This document shows positions 1-5,476 of a stretch of DNA of 5,483 nucleotides, piece by piece. Under the pieces are notes generated by a model. The model did not search any database. It had not been told where the DNA came from and saw nothing but the letters and a program-made list of their open reading frames with translations. Numbering within the stretch: position 1 is the stretch's first letter; every line of letters begins with the position of its first letter. The stretch is from Prasinococcaceae sp. CCMP 1430 (taxonomy: Eukaryota; Plantae; Prasinodermophyta), in contig RQSC01000451.1 of NCBI GenBank assembly GCA_013416795.1, positions 1 through 5,483 on the forward strand. Direction: 5' to 3'. The translations under genes and the position numbers were made by a program.

Positions 1-62
1 CACACACGCACACGCACACGCACACGCACACGCACGCGCACGCACACACACACACACACGCA
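1..62. repeat. Compound (CA)n/(CACACG)n microsatellite, truncated by the window edge
   Basis: Positions 1-62 are a strict pyrimidine-purine alternation of CA and CG dinucleotides. Confidence 0.97.
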
Positions 63-85
63 AATGATGGCGAATCCGGATCCAT
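1..85 (-). CDS. Possible sixth acceptor-led unit (F), partial: MDPDSPSFA followed by (C-V/A)n from the microsatellite
   Basis: Minus strand reads ATTGTGCAG|ATG at 94-83, identical to the start context of A, B and C. The frame is open to the window edge. It lacks the MSES start and shows no finger, so coding status is uncertain. Confidence 0.3.
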   Translation of the reverse strand, partial: MDPDSPSFACVCVCACACVCVCVCVCVC

Positions 86-210
86 CTGCACAATGAACAT
101 TGCATGTCCAAAATCAAACAGTGGATGGCATGCATGAGATCAGGGCAACACAAATAGAAAGTAAAGAGGATGAGATATATAATAAAAAATAGCGGTCGCG
201 TCTTCATTAC
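86..210 (-). other. Putative spliceosomal intron (125 nt) ending at the ATG of unit F
   Basis: GCG|GTAATG at 210, pyrimidine tract CTCATCCTCTTTACTTTCTATTT, no AG for more than 110 nt before TTGTGCAG|ATG. Confidence 0.45.
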
Positions 211-283
211 CGCCGGTTTCCGCACGATAAAAAAAAAGAAACTCCGGCCGCCGCATTTCAAGGCTTTGCGCTTTTTCTATTCC

Positions 284-1048
284 TCACCCCCCACCACCAA
301 TAGGCGCCCGAACCTTGTCAAGCGAGACACCGACCTGTGGAGGCGTGGCCGCTTCAGGTACCTTCGTGGTCGACGCATGAGAGCCTTGTTTAGATTGGGA
401 CAGCGAAAGCGACTTTTGACAACTGTCCCCGCTGTTGCGCGAGCGCTCGATCCGTTGGCGCAACCGCCGCGGAAGATGGGGCAACGCAAGAATTCGGTTA
501 ATGGCTTCCTCGTCCCGCGCCGACGAACCCCCATCACGGGGCTTCCTGGCATCTACCTTAAAGTCAGGTGCCTTAAACATAAAATGGTTAACGAGCGAGT
601 AGAACCGCGCCACGTCCTCCCCTGACCACATCATCATCCATCCGACAATGACATCAGCAGCTTTCACAAAGACCTGGCTCTCATCCACGTCATCTGCCGA
701 CCCCACCCTGACCACCTCTGGGTCGTCGTGTCGCCTGATCCCAATGTTGACGTCGTTCGGCGAGTCATCGTTACACCTCGAAAGCCGTATGACCGCCTTT
801 TTCAGTTCATCACCCCCGTCCGCGAGAAAGACGTCCAACTGCACGCCGCCTTCCCATTCCACATGATCAACGAAATTGCGCAGCCTTGTGCAGAGGAGAT
901 CTCCGGCGTCAAGCACGATATGTTTCCCACAGAGGCCCCTCTCGGAAATTGCCAAATTCTTACATCCCCGAGTCCTGCACCTCCTCCTTGGCAAAATTTC
1001 AAAGGTCTTGAAGACGGGGTCACAATACAAGACGGCCGACTCGGACAT
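284..1048 (-). CDS. Paralog A, 254 aa, one C-x4-C-x10-C-x2-H putative zinc finger, basic and low-complexity C-terminus; function unknown
   Basis: Long ORF. Start reassigned to the MSES ATG shared by the paralogs. Motif CRTRGCKNLAISERGLCGKH at 979-920. Most divergent member. Confidence 0.8.
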   Translation of the reverse strand: MSESAVLYCDPVFKTFEILPRRRCRTRGCKNLAISERGLCGKHIVLDAGDLLCTRLRNFVDHVEWEGGVQLDVFLADGGDELKKAVIRLSRCNDDSPNDVNIGIRRHDDPEVVRVGSADDVDESQVFVKAADVIVGWMMMWSGEDVARFYSLVNHFMFKAPDFKVDARKPRDGGSSARDEEAINRILALPHLPRRLRQRIERSRNSGDSCQKSLSLSQSKQGSHASTTKVPEAATPPQVGVSLDKVRAPIGGGG

Positions 1049-1161
1049 CTGCACAATTTTTGCGATAAGGAAATGCATAGAAACGCGCCGCGATTGACTT
1101 CTTTATTAAATCAAACATATCAACATCACACATAACTCGTATCCCAAATTCTTAGACCTAC
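1049..1161 (-). other. Putative intron (113 nt) immediately before the ATG of A
   Basis: GCG|GTAGGTCTA donor-like site, CTTAT branch-like motif with A at -18, TTGTGCAG|ATG. Confidence 0.55.
1102..1107 (-). promoter_or_regulatory. AATAAA, candidate poly(A) signal for B
   Basis: TAATAAAG context, 53 nt before the ATG of A; position conserved in three spacers. Confidence 0.5.
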
Positions 1162-1183
1162 CGCAGCTGACATCTGATACTTG

Positions 1184-1209
1184 AGAGATGCGCCGGCGGC
1201 AGCATCTCT
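1184..1209 (-). repeat. Inverted repeat/hairpin type 2 (AGAGATGC-T-GCC-gcc-GGC-GCATCTCT)
   Basis: Perfect 8-bp outer arms plus a 3-bp inner stem after a one-base bulge. Confidence 0.8.
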
Positions 1210-1253
1210 GTCTCGGGATACGTGTTCTTACTAGGCCACTTTCTAGAATTACA

Positions 1254-1275
1254 AGATGCGGCCCAGGCCGCATCT
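1254..1275 (-). repeat. Inverted repeat/hairpin type 1 (AGATGCGGCC-nn-GGCCGCATCT)
   Basis: Perfect 10-bp arms with a 2-nt spacer; identical copy at 3474-3495. Confidence 0.9.
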
Positions 1276-1338
1276 CAAACTAATCAAGGCCCAACCATCA
1301 AATTTGAGCGATATCACTCCATCTTTTGGCGGAAATCA

Positions 1339-2229
1339 TCACCACAAAGATCGCATTTTCTCGTGCCAGTCCCTGCAGTTTTTGCAGCAATTCACGATCA
1401 GCATCCGCTGAACCTCCTTCTTCGCAACATCATCGATGTTCGCAAACATCTCCTCTTTTGCCCCCTCTAGTCTGGCCGCCTTGTTGTCAGGCTCGGATGC
1501 TGAGCCGGACGCGGAGCTCCTCGTCCGCCTGCGCGTGTCCGCCCTCATCAGAAACTCTTCACACAAAGTCTCCTTCTCTTCCTCGACAATCGCCTTCGCT
1601 CCATACACTACAGCCGCTACGATTTTGGCTGCGTCGTAGTTGCCCACACGATCGGACGCCAGCGGGATGTCAGAAAGTGCCGCGCAAAAGCGTTTATGGA
1701 AATCCACAACGTCGCTCTCACGGGCGTTTGCAAATGGCGTCGTCATCAAGAACTCCGTCAGCGCGGTCCTTACCCTGTCACGTTTACATAGCAGGTTTTC
1801 TGTACCTTCTGCTATGACGAGGCGAGTCGTGGCATCCACAACACACCATTGTTGAAGACTGGCGGAATGCCTCTTCACCACCTCAAGCCTGACCCCGACA
1901 ATCTCTGCACCGCTCAACTCCAAGATTACTTTCACATTCGGCATCTCACCGCCGCCCACGTCGGTGTAAATGTAGTTGAGGCCACGACTGACCACCACTT
2001 CAATGTGCCGATCAACCACCCCATGCTGCGGACAATACAAGTCAAATCCGGGAACGGTATGCTTGCAAGTCGACACCGCGCACTTCCGGGGGGCGCCAAT
2101 ACTGCGCGCCACACCCTCGACGTTGCGTTTCAACATCTTTTGGAGTGAAATGCGCTCTTTCTCCTGACACGATACCTTGGCACCAGATCCCTCGCCCGGC
2201 CCACCCTTGTTCCCACCCGACTCGGCCAT
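1339..2229 (-). CDS. Paralog B, 296 aa, C3H-type finger, charged helical C-terminus, basic NLS-like RRRTRS, CCxxC tail
   Basis: MAES start after TGCAG. CAVSTCKHTVPGFDLYCPQH at 2082-2023. Clearly alignable with C along its length (e.g. LCEEFLxRADTRRR, NKAARLEGAKEEMF). Confidence 0.88.
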   Translation of the reverse strand: MAESGGNKGGPGEGSGAKVSCQEKERISLQKMLKRNVEGVARSIGAPRKCAVSTCKHTVPGFDLYCPQHGVVDRHIEVVVSRGLNYIYTDVGGGEMPNVKVILELSGAEIVGVRLEVVKRHSASLQQWCVVDATTRLVIAEGTENLLCKRDRVRTALTEFLMTTPFANARESDVVDFHKRFCAALSDIPLASDRVGNYDAAKIVAAVVYGAKAIVEEEKETLCEEFLMRADTRRRTRSSASGSASEPDNKAARLEGAKEEMFANIDDVAKKEVQRMLIVNCCKNCRDWHEKMRSLW

Positions 2230-2344
2230 CTGCACAATTTTTGCGATGAGAGCAAATGCATAGAAAGGCGCCGCGATTGACTTCTTTATTATATCAAACA
2301 TATTAACAACACACATAACTCGCATTCCAAATTCTTAGACCTAC
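2230..2344 (-). other. Putative intron (115 nt) immediately before the ATG of B
   Basis: TCA|GTAGGTCTA, CTCAT with A at -18, TTGTGCAG|ATG. Confidence 0.55.
2285..2290 (-). promoter_or_regulatory. AATAAA, candidate poly(A) signal for C
   Basis: TAATAAAG context, 55 nt before the ATG of B. Confidence 0.5.
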
Positions 2345-2360
2345 TGACATCTGAAACTTG

Positions 2361-2386
2361 AGAGATACGCCGGCGGCAGCATCTCT
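2361..2386 (-). repeat. Hairpin type 2, second copy
   Basis: One substitution relative to 1184-1209, which gives a G-U pair in minus-strand RNA. Confidence 0.8.
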
Positions 2387-2476
2387 GCCTCACACCTCAA
2401 TATCACGACTTTCGTATTGGCTCGTCGTAACCGATGGCCACTTTACAGTTCCTAAAAGAAGCTCCCCAAGGCGCAT

Positions 2477-3355
2477 CTAGTCATCCGAATGGCCGTTTGT
2501 CTCGTTCCACTCCTTGCAGGCTTTGCAGCAACCAACCCGCTGCAGCCTGTTAACCTCGTTCTTCGCAGTTTCGTCAAGAATAGAAAACATCTCCTCTTTT
2601 GCCCCCTCTAGTCGGGCCGCCTTGTTGGCAGGCTCGGATGCGGAGCTCCTCTTCCTCCTGCGCGTGTCAGCCCTCAGCAGAAACTCTTCACACAGGATCG
2701 CCTTCTCTTCCTCCAAAAGCGCTTTCGCTCCAGACACCACAGCCGCAACGACTTTGCCCGCAGTCCATTCGCACACTTGCGGACGCATCAGTGGAATCTC
2801 CGAAAGTGCCGCATAAAGCATCTTATTGAAATCCATGACATCGCTGACTTCATTGTTTGCGACTGGCGTCGTCATTAAGAAGTCCGCTATCGCCCTCTCA
2901 CCATAGCCCTCGTCCCCTCGTCCCCCACCTTTCGCCATTGTCAGGCCAGTTCCGGCATCCACAACCACCCATTTGTCGTATCCGTACTTGCTTTCCTCTT
3001 GTTTCACTTCCTCAAAACGCACCCCAACCATCTTGCCAGCGCTCAACTCCAAGCAAAGCCGCAACAAGGTCGACTGTACGGTCAACCCCCCATCTTCGGC
3101 CGTGTACATCAACTGAAGGCCGCGCTCGGCCACCATTTCGATGTGCCGATCGATGACCCCGTGCTTCGGACAATACTTGTCAAGTCCGGGGGCGGGTAGA
3201 TTGCAAGTGGACACCGCACATTTCCGGGGCTTGCCAATACTGCGGGCCACACTCTCGATGTGGCTTTTCAAGCTGCTTTGGATCTTAAGGCGATCTTTCT
3301 CATCGCACGATAACTTTGCACCAGTTGCCTCTTCCGGCCCATCCGACTCGGACAT
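2477..3355 (-). CDS. Paralog C, 292 aa, C3H-type finger, NLS-like RRRKRS, CCxxC tail
   Basis: MSES start after TGCAG. CAVSTCNLPAPGLDKYCPKH at 3220-3161. Closest relative of B. Confidence 0.88.
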   Translation of the reverse strand: MSESDGPEEATGAKLSCDEKDRLKIQSSLKSHIESVARSIGKPRKCAVSTCNLPAPGLDKYCPKHGVIDRHIEMVAERGLQLMYTAEDGGLTVQSTLLRLCLELSAGKMVGVRFEEVKQEESKYGYDKWVVVDAGTGLTMAKGGGRGDEGYGERAIADFLMTTPVANNEVSDVMDFNKMLYAALSEIPLMRPQVCEWTAGKVVAAVVSGAKALLEEEKAILCEEFLLRADTRRRKRSSASEPANKAARLEGAKEEMFSILDETAKNEVNRLQRVGCCKACKEWNETNGHSDD

Positions 3356-3472
3356 CTGCACAATTGCCGCGATCAGAAAATACATTTATCAGAGTACTTT
3401 ATTAAAACAAATTACACATCTCTTCTCAAATTTCAAAGTATCGGGACATGTGTTCTTACTTGCTAGACTTAC
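3356..3472 (-). other. Putative intron (117 nt) immediately before the ATG of C
   Basis: CTT|GTAAGTCTA (consensus GTAAGT), CTGAT with A at -18, TTGTGCAG|ATG. A second donor-like GTAAGA lies at 3459. Confidence 0.6.
3398..3403 (-). promoter_or_regulatory. AATAAA, candidate poly(A) signal for D
   Basis: TAATAAAG context, 42 nt before the ATG of C, retained although the flanking sequence has diverged from the other two spacers. Confidence 0.5.
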
Positions 3473-3473
3473 A

Positions 3474-3495
3474 AGATGCGGCCCAGGCCGCATCT
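3474..3495 (-). repeat. Hairpin type 1, second copy
   Basis: Identical to 1254-1275. Ends 1 nt before the GTAAGT donor-like site. Confidence 0.9.
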
Positions 3496-3525
3496 CAGAC
3501 CCATCCAATTTGGGCGAGATCACTT

Positions 3526-4407
3526 CTAATAGTCGGACCCTTTTTTCAGGCGCTTGAACTTGGCTTCCAACCTATCCTCCTTCCAACCAATTCGCTTCAA
3601 AGAGAGCTCTGCGCTACTTTTGACCGACTCCCTCTCATCTTCCAAGCCCTCACGCACTCCCGCAATAATGAGCTCCTTCACGTCGACCGAGTCCGACTCC
3701 CCGATCGCTGACCTCGGGGGCAGTGGAACTGCGGGCCGAGACATCGCCTCACACATCGCCTTGTACAAGTCCTCCACCCCTCCACTCCCCTCTCCCTTGA
3801 GATAACCGGACAAAGCGGCGCCACATCTCCTTGCGGACGCTTCCAGGTCGTCCGACCCGAAGGACGCCTCTACCTTGGCATCGTTCACAATCACCCATTT
3901 GAAAGGCCCAACGCCCAGCTTGCCCCTCACGACAGCGAAGCGATGCATGTAAGGCGAGCAGGGGTCACCCGTCGGGTCGGTCGAGCATAAGATCGGCTCG
4001 AGGAACTCTACCAGACCGCCTGACACCCAAACCGAGCGATAGGTGTCTACATACGGCTTTGGGACCCCCCCTCCCGCTACATTGAAGACAAGAACCGGCA
4101 CGTCGTATTCTGGAAAACAGCCCTTCGCCTCCGGTTTGTCCAACTCCGGCAGGAAACCGAGGCCGCGCTCAAGCACCGCCTCAAGCTTCCCGCCCCACTC
4201 CTCGTGCTCGGTACAGCGGACACGGAAACCCGTTACATTGATATCACACCCAGGCACCCAACAACTCCCGTCCCGATTGATCACGTGGTTGATGCGATCC
4301 CCCAAATTTCGTTTCATCCTCTGGTGGTCCTTGCAAAACTGGCCAAGCCCCTCGATTTCCTTCACACAACCCGTGATCTTGCACTTTACATCTTCTGACT
4401 CCGACAT
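3526..4407 (-). CDS. Paralog D, 293 aa, two C3H-type fingers, basic C-terminus (KFKRLKK)
   Basis: MSES ATG at 4407; the track's TTG start lies within the acceptor. Fingers at 4383-4324 and 4263-4204. Shares GLGFLP, PVLVFNVAGGGVPK, DTYxSV and GPFKWVIVxDA with E. Confidence 0.88.
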   Translation of the reverse strand: MSESEDVKCKITGCVKEIEGLGQFCKDHQRMKRNLGDRINHVINRDGSCWVPGCDINVTGFRVRCTEHEEWGGKLEAVLERGLGFLPELDKPEAKGCFPEYDVPVLVFNVAGGGVPKPYVDTYRSVWVSGGLVEFLEPILCSTDPTGDPCSPYMHRFAVVRGKLGVGPFKWVIVNDAKVEASFGSDDLEASARRCGAALSGYLKGEGSGGVEDLYKAMCEAMSRPAVPLPPRSAIGESDSVDVKELIIAGVREGLEDERESVKSSAELSLKRIGWKEDRLEAKFKRLKKGSDY

Positions 4408-4432
4408 CTGCAAAATAAACAGTAAAAATCAC
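4408..4432 (-). promoter_or_regulatory. 3' splice acceptor with polypyrimidine tract before the ATG of D
   Basis: GTGATTTTTACTGTTTATTTTGCAG|ATG. The donor is unclear; the best candidate is GTAATT at 4485. Confidence 0.65.
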
Positions 4433-4611
4433 GCCCTCAATTGAGAATGGAGATTTTGACACCGTATGGCAATCTCGACAATTACTGGCTTATTAACTGC
4501 CAGGGTAAAAGCTTGTATTAACAATAAATATTTATGGCATGCCTTGATTTTCAGCACAATCCGAAATACTAAAAAAACCATTTATATTAAAAATATATTA
4601 TCAGCACTAAA

Positions 4612-4690
4612 TTGGCAAATCCGAAAGAAGCGGCCCAAGGCGCATCTCAGCTCGAGGTGCATTTGGCAAATCCGAAAGAAGCGGCCCAAG
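4612..4690. repeat. 28-bp exact direct repeat (4612-4639 and 4663-4690, period 51)
   Basis: TTGGCAAATCCGAAAGAAGCGGCCCAAG occurs twice; each copy runs into a degenerate hairpin element. Confidence 0.95.
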
Positions 4691-4694
4691 CCGC

Positions 4695-4729
4695 AACTTG
4701 GAGTGAAAGCCTTTAACTTGGTGTGAAAG
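4695..4729. repeat. 15-bp direct repeat, period 20
   Basis: AACTTGGAGTGAAAG (4695-4709) and AACTTGGTGTGAAAG (4715-4729). Confidence 0.85.
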
Positions 4730-4783
4730 GGTTTCTCAGCATCCCAAAATAAGGGTCACTAAGCATCCGTTGATTCGCTCCTT

Positions 4784-5476
4784 TTACATTTCATACCATT
4801 CTCGTCCCACCTGGTATTTGCCTTTCGGTGGAAGTGCGGTCAGGGGCATGGCCTGACATATCTCCTTGTACAACTCGTCTAAGCTATAATCTTCAGTGCG
4901 GTCACGAGTGAGTTCAATCTCGCAGTGGGATGCGGACCACCACAAATCCATCGGGTCATGAGCACTTGATCGCGCCACCAGCTCGGCATCCTTCACGATC
5001 ACCCATTTGAAAGGCCCTGGACCCAAGCCCTTCTGGATATTACATGCATAGTGGTTTACAGGCACAACCGGAAAATCTAACATTCCGAGGGACGTGTAGA
5101 CCGAGCCATACGTGTCCACCCTCACTTTTGGGACCCCCCCTCCCGCGACATTGAAAACTAGAACCGGCTTGTTTAGTTTGGGCCAATGCCTCGCTTCCTC
5201 CGGCCCGTCGAACTGCCGCAACTCGATATACGGCAGGAACCCGAGACCGGTCATAAGCACCTGGCAAAACTTGGTGTCTACCCAATGGTCGTGCTGCTCA
5301 CAAAAGATCGACGTACCCCCAACCCTCGCTACACAGAGGGTCATTGCACAAGTCACGTCCTTGTCTTTGTAGATCCGGTCCATCAGATTAGTCCAGTGGT
5401 CAAGGCAAAACCCTCCTTCCTCAATCTTCTTCACACAACCCGTGATCTTGCACTTTACATCTTCTGACTCCGACAT
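4784..5476 (-). CDS. Paralog E, 230 aa, two C3H-type fingers, lacks the charged C-terminal extension of D
   Basis: MSES ATG at 5476. Fingers at 5452-5396 (x9 spacing) and 5350-5291. Collinear with D up to the LPP motif. Confidence 0.86.
   Translation of the reverse strand: MSESEDVKCKITGCVKKIEEGGFCLDHWTNLMDRIYKDKDVTCAMTLCVARVGGTSIFCEQHDHWVDTKFCQVLMTGLGFLPYIELRQFDGPEEARHWPKLNKPVLVFNVAGGGVPKVRVDTYGSVYTSLGMLDFPVVPVNHYACNIQKGLGPGPFKWVIVKDAELVARSSAHDPMDLWWSASHCEIELTRDRTEDYSLDELYKEICQAMPLTALPPKGKYQVGREWYEM

Noticed and set aside
181-186. Plus-strand AATAAA (also at 4413 and 4523)
   Set aside because: No credible plus-strand gene lies upstream. These are complements of T-rich minus-strand tracts.
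1184-1275. Pre-miRNA or tRNA
   Set aside because: Stems of 10-12 bp are too short for a pre-miRNA, and no cloverleaf is visible.
2023-3220. HNH endonuclease, WRKY or transposase assignment from the Cys/His motif
   Set aside because: No HNH core, no WRKYGQK and no recognisable DDE domain, terminal inverted repeats or target-site duplication. Only the finger spacing is similar.
1049-3385. N-terminal extensions such as MHFLIAKIVQ, ...ALIAKIVQ and MYFLIAAIVQ, and the TTG-started MQ of D and E
   Set aside because: They are better explained as translated branch-point and acceptor sequence. The A and B upstream regions differ by a 2-nt indel that breaks the shared frame, and the common start is M(S/A)ES.
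1184-3495. Rho-independent terminators or attC-type integron sites for the hairpins
   Set aside because: The perfect hairpins have no U-tract, there are no RYYYAAC/GTTRRRY ends or integrase, and the ATGs lack Shine-Dalgarno motifs.
4612-4729. CRISPR-like repeat-spacer pattern
   Set aside because: Only two 28-bp copies with 23 nt between them, no cas genes, and a eukaryote-like context.
170-5467. Plus-strand ORFs and short alternative-frame minus ORFs in the track
   Set aside because: They are shadows of the GC-rich minus-strand genes or translations of repeated spacers, with no independent motifs.
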